A stretch of 45,893 nucleotides of DNA from Candidatus Bipolaricaulia bacterium (GTDB lineage Bacteria; Bipolaricaulota; Bipolaricaulia; RBG-16-55-9): positions 1-45,893 of the forward strand of contig JBDGQO010000063.1 of NCBI GenBank assembly GCA_042219045.1, written 5' to 3'. This document shows positions 36,684 through 45,893 of this stretch, in pieces (positions within the stretch are counted from its first letter, which is position 1; each line of letters opens with the position of its first letter). A program made the translations under genes and the position numbers. Below the pieces are notes generated by a model. It saw nothing but the letters and a program-made list of their open reading frames with translations. It had not been told where the DNA came from and did no database searches.

Positions 36684-36730
36684 TTGACGAAGCGAAAATG
36701 GGCCCTTAAGCTGAATGAGTATTCATTCAG
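36684..36730 (+). promoter_or_regulatory. Promoter overlapped by a palindromic TetR-type operator
   Basis: TTGACG-17 nt-TAAGCT; operator CTGAATGA-GTAT-TCATTCAG at 36711-36730. Confidence 0.75.
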
Positions 36731-36808
36731 TAAGCGGGATCCCATAGCCGTATGGGAACCCACCGAACATCCGTTACCATTCAATCCAGATCAAGGGGGA
36801 ATCATTCT

Positions 36809-37867
36809 ATGAAACGGACACTAGCGTGCTGCCTCGCGTTGTTGTTGGGGTTGGGCCTCGGTGCCATCCCGGCCCAAATGACCGAGGACAGCGGCGAGTT
36901 CTTCTTCGATCTCGGCGAACAGGCCGCCGCCGAGACGTTCGAGCTGACCAAGCGCGAGGACGGCAACCTCGTGTTGAACTCGACGTTCGAAGCGCTGTCG
37001 AAGCAGCTCATTGCCCAGTATGGCACGCCGGAGCTCTTCAATCAGACCGTCGTGTTCACGCCGGATTTGGCCCTGGTCTCCTACGAGCTGAGCTCGGACA
37101 CCGATCGCGGGACCATCGAGGTGTCGGTCGAGGTGGACAATGGCGTCGCGAGCATGAGCTGGTCCATCAATCAACCGGGCGAGAAGCCTCAAGAGCAGAG
37201 CCGCCAGGTCATCTTGGAGGACAGCGTCCCCACGACGAGCATTTTCTCCGGGCAGTTCATCATCACCCAGCGCTACATCAACCAGAAGCTCAACCTCAAA
37301 GAGGGCGATTCGACCGTCCTGACGGCGTTCGATCCGACCAACATCAACCAGCCGCTCGTCCCCTTGGAGATCAAGCGACTGACCCCGGTCACGCTTGAAG
37401 GCGCCAAGGCTGACCAGACCGTCCAGGCGCGGCGCTACAAGGTGTCGCAAAAGAGCTTCGAGGCCGAACTGCTCTCCTGCGCTGAAGGCGGATCGGCTCC
37501 GATCTGTCCCGAATCCGGCCGCTTCCTCGGCTTCCTGTCAAGCACGGCCAATCTCGCCGGCGTCGAGGCGGAGAACACCGCCGAGGGCGTCCGCGTCACG
37601 GCCGTGGCCGAGGGCTCGTTCGCCGCTGAGGCCGGGCTACAGACGGGCGACATCATCACGGCCGTCAACGACACCGAGGTCGACAACGTCGGCGACCTGC
37701 GCCAGGCGATCCAGTTCCGCGATCCGAACAAGCCGGTCACGTTGACGATCCAACGGGACGGCGAGGAGATGACGCTGGAGATTCGCCTGAGCGGTTCGTC
37801 ATTGACCGTCTTCCGCCGGGATCTGTTCGGCGATGACCTCACGGTCTCGGGAGGGTCGTCGCAATGA
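36809..37867 (+). CDS. Secreted protein with a C-terminal PDZ domain
   Basis: Signal peptide MKRTLACCLALLLGLGL; GVRVTAVAEGSFAAEAGLQTGDIITAVN...VTLTIQRDGE. Confidence 0.85.
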   Translation: MKRTLACCLALLLGLGLGAIPAQMTEDSGEFFFDLGEQAAAETFELTKREDGNLVLNSTFEALSKQLIAQYGTPELFNQTVVFTPDLALVSYELSSDTDRGTIEVSVEVDNGVASMSWSINQPGEKPQEQSRQVILEDSVPTTSIFSGQFIITQRYINQKLNLKEGDSTVLTAFDPTNINQPLVPLEIKRLTPVTLEGAKADQTVQARRYKVSQKSFEAELLSCAEGGSAPICPESGRFLGFLSSTANLAGVEAENTAEGVRVTAVAEGSFAAEAGLQTGDIITAVNDTEVDNVGDLRQAIQFRDPNKPVTLTIQRDGEEMTLEIRLSGSSLTVFRRDLFGDDLTVSGGSSQ

Positions 37868-38568
37868 CCGAGATCATCCGCGCCGAGGAGCTCATCAAGA
37901 CGTATCTCATGGGCCAAGTCGAAGTCAACGCCCTGCGCGGGGTCAGCTTCGAGATCCACGAGAACGAGTTCGTGGCGATCATGGGCCCGTCCGGGTCGGG
38001 CAAGAGCACGCTGATGAACCTCGTCGGGTGTTTGGACACGCCGACGTCGGGACAGCTCGTGGTCAGCGGCCAGGACGTCAACGACTTGAGCGACCGCCAG
38101 CTGGCCCAGCTGCGCGGCGAGACGGTCGGCTTCGTCTTCCAGACGTTCAACCTCATCCCGCGCATTACGGCCTTGAACAACGTCCTGTTGCCCATGGGCT
38201 TCGTGGGCACGATTTCACGGAACGAACGCCAAGCGCAGGCCGAGCACATGCTGGAGCGCGTCGGCCTCGGGCATCGCACTGGCCACATGCCGACCGAGCT
38301 CTCCGGCGGCGAGCGTCAGCGTGTCGCCATCGCGCGGGCGCTGGCGAACAATCCGCGGCTCATCCTGGCCGACGAGCCGACGGGCAACCTCGACACCAAG
38401 ACGGGGGGCGCCATTCTGGATCTGTTTGACGACCTTCACGACGAGGGCCGAACGCTCGTCATGGTGACCCACGATCCGGACGTGGCCGAGCGTGCCGAAC
38501 GCCGCATCCACATCGTCGACGGCGAGATCCAGGCCAACGAGGAGGCGGTGACCCATGGAGTTTCGTGA
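37864..38568 (+). CDS. ABC transporter ATP-binding protein (MacB/LolD type)
   Basis: [36 protein letters not shown]. Confidence 0.95.
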   Translation: MTEIIRAEELIKTYLMGQVEVNALRGVSFEIHENEFVAIMGPSGSGKSTLMNLVGCLDTPTSGQLVVSGQDVNDLSDRQLAQLRGETVGFVFQTFNLIPRITALNNVLLPMGFVGTISRNERQAQAEHMLERVGLGHRTGHMPTELSGGERQRVAIARALANNPRLILADEPTGNLDTKTGGAILDLFDDLHDEGRTLVMVTHDPDVAERAERRIHIVDGEIQANEEAVTHGVS

Positions 38569-39913
38569 GGCGACCCGGCTCAGTTGGACCAACATCCGCA
38601 GCCACAAGCTGCGCAACGTCCTCGCGATCCTGAGCGTCACCATAGGCATTGCCGCCGTCATCGCGGTCGTCACGATGTCGTCCGGGTTCCAGAAGGCGCT
38701 GTTGGACAATCTGACCGGCGACGTGCTCCGCGCCAACACGATCACCATCAGCATCGAAGGGAGCCAGGGGCTCTTCGGCGATACCCGCGTGTTTACCGCT
38801 CGGGACGTGGAGCATGTCCGAGGCATGAAGAACGTCAAAGCCGCCGACGTGATCGCTCCCGTCAACGGCAATCCCATCAAATTTAACGGCCAGATCGTGC
38901 CTGACGGCAACGTGCGGATCGTTACCAGCGAGTCGATCGTGCCACTCGGCCATGGGAAATTCGTCGACGAGCCGGGCGAGATCGTGCTCGGCTACGGGGC
39001 CGCTCAATCCGTCTGCGAGCGCCTGCTCGGCTCGAAGGGCGAGGACAGCGAAGCGGGTTCGTCCGACAACAGCACCAATGGCAAGGGCAAAACGGCCGAA
39101 GAACGTTGCGAGGGCCTGAGTGAGAACGAGGAACTGGCCCAGCGCGTCCTGGACCAGACCGTCTCGCTGACCTACATCGACATCGACGGCAACGTCCATC
39201 GCGATGAAACGTTGGACGTCGTCGGCATCGAAGAGGACTCGCAGTTCTCGCAGGGCAACGCCAGCTACGTCACCGAGCACTACCAGGGCTACACTGAGAC
39301 GATCAACGGCGAGCAGGTGCCCGTCTACGGGGGACTGATCGTCAGTGCCGCCGACGTCGACCAACTCCAGTCGACGGTTGAGCGCGTCAAGAGCTATTTC
39401 AACAGCTTCAACTCTGACGCCCGCAAGCTCCTCGGCGAAGGCCAAGCCATCCAGGCCAACACGCTCGACGACATCGTCGGCGAGATCGAGAGTCAGTTTA
39501 ACCAGTTCACCACCTGGATCGGGGCCGTTGCCGTCATCGCGCTGTTGGTCGGCATGATTGGCGTGATCAACATCATGCTCATCACCGTCAAGGAGCGAAC
39601 CCGCGAGATCGGCGTCATGAAAGCCACGGGGGCAACCCAGGGGGGCGTCCTGCGGCTGTTCTTGACCGAGGCGGTCTTCATCTGCGCCATGGGCGCGATC
39701 TTCGGCATCGTGGTCGGCATCGGCCTGGCGGAGCTCTTCAACCGCTTCACGGCGTCGGTCCTCAACTTCGACGGCCAGATCCCGCTCGTGCTCGTCTGGA
39801 GTTGGTACGCCATTGCCGTCGTGACCGGCATCGTCGTCGGCATCGTCAGCGGGATCTACCCGGCCTGGCAGGCCGCGCGCGTCAACCCGATCGAGGCCCT
39901 GCGCTACGAATAG
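38555..39913 (+). CDS. ABC transporter permease (MacB/FtsX type)
   Basis: N-terminal TM, large periplasmic domain, NIMLITVKERTREIG, YPAWQAARVNPIEALRYE. Confidence 0.93.
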   Translation: MEFREATRLSWTNIRSHKLRNVLAILSVTIGIAAVIAVVTMSSGFQKALLDNLTGDVLRANTITISIEGSQGLFGDTRVFTARDVEHVRGMKNVKAADVIAPVNGNPIKFNGQIVPDGNVRIVTSESIVPLGHGKFVDEPGEIVLGYGAAQSVCERLLGSKGEDSEAGSSDNSTNGKGKTAEERCEGLSENEELAQRVLDQTVSLTYIDIDGNVHRDETLDVVGIEEDSQFSQGNASYVTEHYQGYTETINGEQVPVYGGLIVSAADVDQLQSTVERVKSYFNSFNSDARKLLGEGQAIQANTLDDIVGEIESQFNQFTTWIGAVAVIALLVGMIGVINIMLITVKERTREIGVMKATGATQGGVLRLFLTEAVFICAMGAIFGIVVGIGLAELFNRFTASVLNFDGQIPLVLVWSWYAIAVVTGIVVGIVSGIYPAWQAARVNPIEALRYE

Positions 39914-39934
39914 CGCGATGAATGACCGAAACGC

Positions 39935-41338
39935 GTGATCAAAATGCAATCACACGTCGCAGCGAGGCCGATCGTCCTCGCGATCGGCCTCGTCGCCATT
40001 ATTATCGCAAGCATGGCCGTCGCCTCGGCTCAAAAAGCGCAGCGCCAAACGGCCTCCGTGACGCTGGAGCGCGCCGTCTCGCTGGCTCTCGATCGGCATC
40101 CGTCGGTTCGGAAGGCCGAGCTGAACCGGGAGATGGCCGAGTTGAAATTGGATGCCGCGCGGGCCGAGCGCTCCCGCCCCTCGCTCGGTTTGAGTGCCAC
40201 GCCGTTCTCGCCTGCATTGGCGGAGTTTCCGGGCACGTCGCGCGTGGACGTGAGCGCCCAGTGGGCCTTGCCCGTCGGCGTTGAGCTGTCGCTGAGCGTA
40301 GGGGCGACCTACGACTGGGACGCCCAGCGCGTCGACTGGCCATGGAACGTCGGGCTGTCGTACACGTGGAATCCGAGCGACCCGAGCGTCACCGACGCCC
40401 TTCCCGAGGCGCGAGCGTTGGAACGAGCCCAACGGAGCCTCCGGCAAGCACGGGACGAGGCTGTCTTGGCCACGATCGAACGCTTCCAAGAGATTCGGGC
40501 CGACCGCTCGGCGCGGGAACGAGCTCGAGCGAGCTTGGAGGACGCCCGGGCCGCCTTGGCGCAGGCGAAAGCCGACGTCGAGGCGGGCCGCGCGAGCGAG
40601 CGGGATCGGCTGACGGCCAAGCGGTCGCTGAAAGAGGCACAAATCCAGTTGCAGCAGGTTCAGAACGCGTATAACAATGCGAAACGCGCACTCCGTGCCG
40701 ACCTCCGCATCGATCGTCCGTTTGAACTCGTGAACCCGCAAATTGAACTGAACGACGTCATATCACGCGCTGAAGATTTGCTGGCGCGGGCGATCCCCGA
40801 TGAGGCTGTGGCGGAGGCCTCGTCCGTCGAGGAAGCCCGCCGACGCGTAGCGAAAGCGGAAACCGAGCTTCGCTCGCTGGCGAGGTCACGATGGCCGAGC
40901 GTGACGCTGTCGCCGAGCTGGCAGCGCGATCAAGGGTTCCAGGTGGCGCTCAACCTCCAGGCCGACTTGTTCTCGCCGGGGCTGAGCCCGAAACGAGAGC
41001 GGGCCCGCAAGGCGCTGGCACTTGCCCGTCATCGGCTGGAACAGGCGCGTCGCAGCGCCAAGGCCCAGATCCGTGACCGGCAGCGGTCGCTACGCCAGGC
41101 GCTGCGGGACGTCGAGCTGCGCCGGCTCCAAGCCGAGCAGGCACAGCTCTCGACCGATATTGCGCGACGCAAGCGCGACTCCGGACTGATTGGACCGACC
41201 GAGTGGGCCGAGGCCCAGGCAGAACGGCGCCGCGCCCAGGACAAACTGGCGCGCGCCGAGGTTGAGCTGATCTCGGCCTACCTGCGCTATCGACTCGCTC
41301 TGGGACTCGATTTGAACTGGGAGGCGATGCTGCCATGA
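39935..41338 (+). CDS. TolC-family outer-membrane efflux protein
   Basis: Signal peptide, VTLERAVSLAL..HP, two helical/beta repeats (RPSLGLS, WPSVTLS). Confidence 0.8.
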   Translation: MIKMQSHVAARPIVLAIGLVAIIIASMAVASAQKAQRQTASVTLERAVSLALDRHPSVRKAELNREMAELKLDAARAERSRPSLGLSATPFSPALAEFPGTSRVDVSAQWALPVGVELSLSVGATYDWDAQRVDWPWNVGLSYTWNPSDPSVTDALPEARALERAQRSLRQARDEAVLATIERFQEIRADRSARERARASLEDARAALAQAKADVEAGRASERDRLTAKRSLKEAQIQLQQVQNAYNNAKRALRADLRIDRPFELVNPQIELNDVISRAEDLLARAIPDEAVAEASSVEEARRRVAKAETELRSLARSRWPSVTLSPSWQRDQGFQVALNLQADLFSPGLSPKRERARKALALARHRLEQARRSAKAQIRDRQRSLRQALRDVELRRLQAEQAQLSTDIARRKRDSGLIGPTEWAEAQAERRRAQDKLARAEVELISAYLRYRLALGLDLNWEAMLP

Positions 41339-42351
41339 GAACGCGAGGATGGATTGGCCTCGCCGTGTTGGTGGCGCTGATCGGGCTGGGAAGCTGGGCC
41401 GGCTGGGACCGACTGGCCGGCCAGACGCCGGACTCACCGTCGACGGAGCGCCCAAACCGCGGCCCGGGGCCGACGGTAACCGTGCAACGCGGCGACGTGA
41501 CCCGATCGTTGACGGCCCTAGGCGAGGTCGCGCCCGCCGACGAGGTCACGCTCTCCTTCGCGGCGGATGAACTGACCGAGCTCCATGTCGAGGAGGGCGA
41601 GCATCTGGACGAGAACCAGACGGTGGCCCAGCTCGATGCCACTCGCCAACGCTTGGAGATGGTCCGAGCAGAGCGGGCGTACCAACAGGCCCAGGCCCAG
41701 AGCGTGCCCGTCGAGATTGAGGAGACGCGGCTGGAATACGAGCTGGCGCAGGACGCGTACGAGGCCCGAAGTGTGGAGGCCCCGTTTGACGGGGTCGTGG
41801 CGCAAGTCGAGCAGAAGCGGACGGATTCCGGGGGCAACCAGTACCGCGTGACCCTTCTGGATCGATCGGATCTGTTCGTGGAGCTCCGGGTTAGCGAGGC
41901 GAACATATCTCGGTTATCGGCGGGCCAGTCGGCTCAAATCCAAGTCGATGCCATCGACGAGCAGAGCTGGCCCGGCGAGATCGTCGAGGTCGGGGCGCGT
42001 GCCGTGGAAGGCGATCGCGGCAACAAGGTCGTGCCCGTGCGCGCCCGCATGAAAGAGACGGATCCGGCGATCCTGCCCGGATTTTCCGCGCAAGTCCGGA
42101 TCACCGTGGCCGAGGCGCGGAACGCGTTGCGCGTGCCGATCAGCGCACTAAGGGAGACGGGCGATGGCTGGGCCGTCATGGTCATGGAAGACGGCTCGCC
42201 GACGCGTCGGCCCGTCGAGATCGGGGTCACCTCCGCCCTGCACGCCGAGGTCATCTCGGGCCTTGAGGCGGGCGACAAGGTCCTGGCCCGTCCGAACCGC
42301 GCGGGTCGAGCAACGTCCTCGTCCGTCAATGGGCCGTCCCAGCAGCCATGA
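41335..42351 (+). CDS. Efflux periplasmic adaptor (MacA-like MFP)
   Basis: TM anchor, V.RGD, VEEGE, APFDGVV, E.NI..L..GQ, LPGFSA, V.IG......EVISGLEAGD. Confidence 0.88.
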   Translation: MRTRGWIGLAVLVALIGLGSWAGWDRLAGQTPDSPSTERPNRGPGPTVTVQRGDVTRSLTALGEVAPADEVTLSFAADELTELHVEEGEHLDENQTVAQLDATRQRLEMVRAERAYQQAQAQSVPVEIEETRLEYELAQDAYEARSVEAPFDGVVAQVEQKRTDSGGNQYRVTLLDRSDLFVELRVSEANISRLSAGQSAQIQVDAIDEQSWPGEIVEVGARAVEGDRGNKVVPVRARMKETDPAILPGFSAQVRITVAEARNALRVPISALRETGDGWAVMVMEDGSPTRRPVEIGVTSALHAEVISGLEAGDKVLARPNRAGRATSSSVNGPSQQP

Positions 42352-43028
42352 TGATCGCCTGTCACGACGCGTCCAAAGCGTATTCCTTGGGCGAGCGGAC
42401 CCTCTGGGCGCTGCAAGGCGTCGACGTCCAGATCGACCGCGGCGAGTTCGTCGCGATCACGGGCCCGTCGGGGTCGGGCAAGTCGACGCTCATGCACCTG
42501 ATGGGCGGACTCCACGCGCCGACCGACGGCGAGGTCGTCCTCGATGATGACAAGCTCAGCGAGATGTCGACGTCGGCGTTGGCCCGGCTCCGCCGTGACC
42601 GGGTCGGGTTCGTCTTCCAGCAGTTTCTGTTGCTTGCCCGTAAGAGCGCGCTCGCCAACGTCGAGCTGCCGGCGCTCTACGCGGGCAGCTCCGCCCGCGA
42701 GCGCCGTGCGCAAGCCGAGGCGAGGCTCGACGAGGTCGGCCTGGCCGACAAGGCCCGCCAGCGGCCGCCGCAGCTCTCCGGCGGGGAGCGCCAGCGCGTC
42801 GCCATCGCTCGCGCGCTGATGAACGACCCGCCCCTGTTGTTGGCCGATGAGCCGACGGGCAGCCTCGACACGGACACGGGCGAAGGCATTCTGGATCTAC
42901 TGAGCTCGCTCCACGAGCAGGGGCGGACCGTCGTCCTGGTGACTCACGAGCGATACGTGGCCGAGATCGCCGACCGCCAGATCCGGCTCCAGGACGGGCA
43001 GGTGTTGGACGCACATGCGACCGCTTGA
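42348..43028 (+). CDS. ABC transporter ATP-binding protein (MacB type)
   Basis: [31 protein letters not shown]. Confidence 0.95.
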   Translation: MMIACHDASKAYSLGERTLWALQGVDVQIDRGEFVAITGPSGSGKSTLMHLMGGLHAPTDGEVVLDDDKLSEMSTSALARLRRDRVGFVFQQFLLLARKSALANVELPALYAGSSARERRAQAEARLDEVGLADKARQRPPQLSGGERQRVAIARALMNDPPLLLADEPTGSLDTDTGEGILDLLSSLHEQGRTVVLVTHERYVAEIADRQIRLQDGQVLDAHATA

Positions 43029-44342
43029 CGTGATCCGGGAGACGCTCAGCGCGCTGGCGGCGCACAAGCTGCGCACGGCGCTGTCGGCGCTCGGGGTCGT
43101 GATCGGCGTCGCGGCCGTCGTGGCGATCGTCGCCATGGTCCAGGGCGCATCCCAACAGGTCCAGGCCCAGATCTCGGGACTCGGCGTCCGCTCCATCAAC
43201 GTCAACCTGCGAACCGACTTGAACGCGACCGGTTCCTCGGCGACACAGCTCGCCCAGGACCTGCGAGCGGAGCCGGCCGTTTCGGAGGTGGTGCCCATCG
43301 TCAACGGCTCGGCCAAGATCGATGCCGCCGAGGAGAAGGGATCCCCTTCGTCCGCGAGTCAACCGGCCACGGGAGCCAGCATGAGAGGACCGACCCCCAT
43401 CTCCGTTGCGGGCCAAGGCCGTCGGTTGCAGCTGGTGGGAACGACGGACGACTACGCGACCATGCACGACTACACGCCCGTCCAAGGGCGATTCCTCCAT
43501 CCGTTGGACGAGGACCGGCCCGTCATCGTGCTCGGATCCGGAGCCGCCCAGCAATTGCGCCGGAACGGCCTCGACCCCGAACCGGGCGAGGGCCTGACGT
43601 TGAGCGCCTTCGGACGACGACTCCACTTCCAAATCGTGGGCGTCATGGGGCCTCGGGGCCGAGTGGGGTTCAACAACCTGGATCAGCAGGCCTACGTGCC
43701 CGCCTCGATGCTCCAACGGCTCTCGGGCTCCGGCGGTGCCGAGTCCTTCCTCGCCCAAGCGACCAGCGAGGACACCGTCACCGAAGCGGCCAACCGGATC
43801 CGCTCTGTCCTGGATGAGCACTTGGACGCGTCGGATGGGGCCGGCATGCGCTCGGCCGCCAACCCCGGCCCGAAACAAGGCCCAAGTCGGGAGGGACGTC
43901 ATACACGGTGCGCACGCAACAGTCGACGCTGCAGACGTTCCAGCAGACACGCCAGACCCTGACGCTCATCCTGGGCGGCGTGGGGGCGATCTCCCTACTG
44001 GTGGGCGCGATCGGCGTCATGAACATCATGCTCGTGTCGGTTACCGAGCGGACCCGCGAGGTCGGCGTCCGCATGTCAGTGGGCGCGCGGCCGCGAGAGA
44101 TCTTGCTCCAGTTCCTGGCGGAGTCGATCTTGATCTGCGTGGCGGGCGGCCTGATTGGCCTCGGTGTCGGCTGGGTCGGTGCTCGATTCGGCTCGGGGAT
44201 CGGCGGCTGGCCGTTCGTCATGTCGCCGTTGCCGGCCGTTCTGGCCGTGGGGTTCTCCACGCTGGTCGGCATCCTGAGCGGGCTTTACCCGGCCTTCCGG
44301 GCGTCGCGGCTGGACCCGGTTGAGGCGCTCTGGCACGAATAA
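43015..44342 (+). pseudogene. MacB-type ABC permease split by a frameshift (ORFs 43015-43962 and 43908-44342)
   Basis: N-half HKLRTALSALGVVIG; C-half NIMLVSVTERTREVG...YPAFRASRLDPVEAL in the -1 frame; break lies between 43818 and ~43900. Confidence 0.8.
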
Positions 44343-44416
44343 GCGTCGAGCCCTCGTTGACAACGTCGACGTCTACTGGCCCCACCCCAACAAGGTTCCA
44401 GAAACTGTCGCTGGCA

Positions 44417-44860
44417 TCAACCCCCGACGTCGGGAACGTCGAAGCCGCCACCGTCGCCTCCGAATCCACCGCCACCTGGGCCGCCGGGTTTGCCGAACCG
44501 GACGACGCCGACGACGGCGCCGACGCCAAATCCGAAGAGTAAGGTCGCAATGTGGGCGGATTGGAGGATCAACGGCATTGCCAGTGTCCCGATCGCGCCC
44601 CCGATCGTCGCCCGCAAGCGGGTGTTATCGATGATCAAGTCAAGATCGCAAGACGGGCAGACGAGGTGGTTCGGGTATCTGACCTTGCACCGAGGGCAGT
44701 AGTGCACCGCCAGTTTCAGGTTCGCCAGCTTCCCCAGGACGTCGCCGAGTTTCGCCCACCCCTTCTTAAAGCGGCTGGCCTTGACCAATCGAACGTCACA
44801 GGACGGGCAGATGATGCTCGTTCCCCCGTAGTCGGTATGGCATTCGGGGCAATACCGCAT
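44417..44860 (-). CDS. Hypothetical protein: two zinc ribbons, TM hairpin, Gly-rich tail
   Basis: YCPEC...CPSCD and YCPRC...CPSCD; GAGGAGG RBS. Confidence 0.7.
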   Translation of the reverse strand: MRYCPECHTDYGGTSIICPSCDVRLVKASRFKKGWAKLGDVLGKLANLKLAVHYCPRCKVRYPNHLVCPSCDLDLIIDNTRLRATIGGAIGTLAMPLILQSAHIATLLFGFGVGAVVGVVRFGKPGGPGGGGFGGDGGGFDVPDVGG

Positions 44861-45066
44861 GATTCCTCCTCTGCAAACGCCATGGTCGATCAGAAGGCAT
44901 CTGTCCCGAACCTGATTCCGTCCCTACGTCTGGAACATTGCGGAGCAAGTTAGGCAATGCCCGTGTTTCATGTCAAGACATTTGAGCAAAGCGTGGAGTC
45001 GGCACCCGGAAGGATGCCGGAAGGGCAGCGGGCTTTCAGCAGCGTCTAAACGGCAAGAATGCGAAG

Positions 45067-45417
45067 CTAGGTAGCCGCCGACTGGCACGCCTCACACGGA
45101 CAGATCTTCCGAAGATAGGTGTAGGGATAATACCCCGTCTGGTGGCCGTCGTTCCAGACGAAGTGGACGGCGTAACGGCCGACGGCGTTGACGGCGTTCA
45201 GGGCGATGTTGTCCAGCTTGTGGTTGGGCAAGAGCGGAAGATCGTGCTCGTCACGGTGGGGCCAGGCTCGACAACGGGCACAAGGACACGCGCGTCGCAG
45301 CTCGCGCAGCGAGTAGACGCTTTCGTGGCCGTCATCCCACGTAATTTGGAGTTGACCGTTGTCGGTCCAGGCAAGCGTACCGCGGCGGCTGTTCTGGGGA
45401 AGCTCAGGGTAAGTCAT
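45067..45417 (-). CDS. DUF971 / GBBH-like N-terminal domain protein
   Basis: WDDGHES.Y....LRRACPCARC, VGRYAV...WNDGH.TG.Y...YLR. Confidence 0.85.
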   Translation of the reverse strand: MTYPELPQNSRRGTLAWTDNGQLQITWDDGHESVYSLRELRRACPCARCRAWPHRDEHDLPLLPNHKLDNIALNAVNAVGRYAVHFVWNDGHQTGYYPYTYLRKICPCEACQSAAT

Positions 45418-45609
45418 AAGCGATTTGGAGCTTAGCCCACCAGATCGGCGACATCAAACCCCAGCTAGCCTTACCATGGCTGATTCGTGCAAAAGCCAAA
45501 TGTTGGCGTGTCAGTGGCCTGGCGATTGAGCATGCTGATGCGTACGTCTATAAATTAATCATCTTATCAGGAACATTATTATCTTAGCTGGGCGTGTTGA
45601 GCGCCCCTC

Positions 45610-45891
45610 TCAGGACGATGACGACTCGCGTGGGGTGACCAGCTCGCGGAGGCGACGCTGGAGCTCGTCCTCATCCGCGATATCCGTCAGGTCAAGTTGC
45701 CCGTGGATCTCCTCAAGGATCGACAGCCAGGCGCGCAGCACTGTGTTCTTGGTTATCCGCTCGCGGCGGTCCTCACGGTTGGCCATGATCTCCTTAGCTA
45801 GCCTCTGGAGGAACTCCGTCTGGCCCGGTCGAACGCGAGCCGTCCACGGCTCCATCCGCTCGTACTTCGGAACTTCTGAACTTATTGAGTT
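45610..45891 (-). CDS. Hypothetical protein cut by the window edge; resembles partners of plasmid ParA
   Basis: Frame stays open past the listed ATG to the edge (NSISSEVPKYERMEPWTARVRPGQ...ERITKNTVLR); family resemblance is recalled, not searched. Confidence 0.45.
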   Translation of the reverse strand, partial: NSISSEVPKYERMEPWTARVRPGQTEFLQRLAKEIMANREDRRERITKNTVLRAWLSILEEIHGQLDLTDIADEDELQRRLRELVTPRESSSS

Positions 45892-45893
45892 CT

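Noticed and set aside
43860..43900. Programmed -1 ribosomal frameshift in the permease
   Set aside because: No canonical slippery heptamer in the correct frame.

Overview
GC-rich bacterial chromosomal segment made mostly of housekeeping genes, many encoding visibly Asp/Glu-rich proteins. That points to a salt-adapted diderm; Ca. Bipolaricaulota/Acetothermia is a guess only. In order: a hypothetical ORF flanked by two hairpin-dense noncoding regions; tRNA-Arg(CCG); aroF-tyrA-ferritin behind an unannotated Trp/Tyr/Phe-rich leader peptide; ChrA, MFS, M29 aminopeptidase, msrA, DUF99, DinB, aldo-keto reductase; pyrD-pyrC directly behind a large Alu-type SRP RNA; two tRNA-Ser; a cupredoxin-like protein; mnmA; a PduS/RnfC-like protein without Fe-S motifs; lipA-E1alpha-E1beta-E1beta-E3 with no E2; a ~919-aa beta-helix protein flanked by structured regions; cupin, GNAT, uppP, a beta-barrel protein; clpC-radA-disA-PNP; a thioesterase; a palindrome-controlled PDZ/MacB-type ABC/TolC/MacA/ABC operon whose last permease is frameshifted; small Zn-binding proteins; and a truncated ORF resembling plasmid partition partners. 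Best leads: the aromatic attenuator, a DisA with both catalytic motifs altered (DGA>DRA, RHR>RHM), candidate large structured RNAs (71-504, 954-1212, 23743-23919, 26833-27050), the E2-less 2-oxoacid dehydrogenase cluster, and a PyrD with Thr at the catalytic position. All calls come from reading motifs by eye. No searches or folding programs were run.
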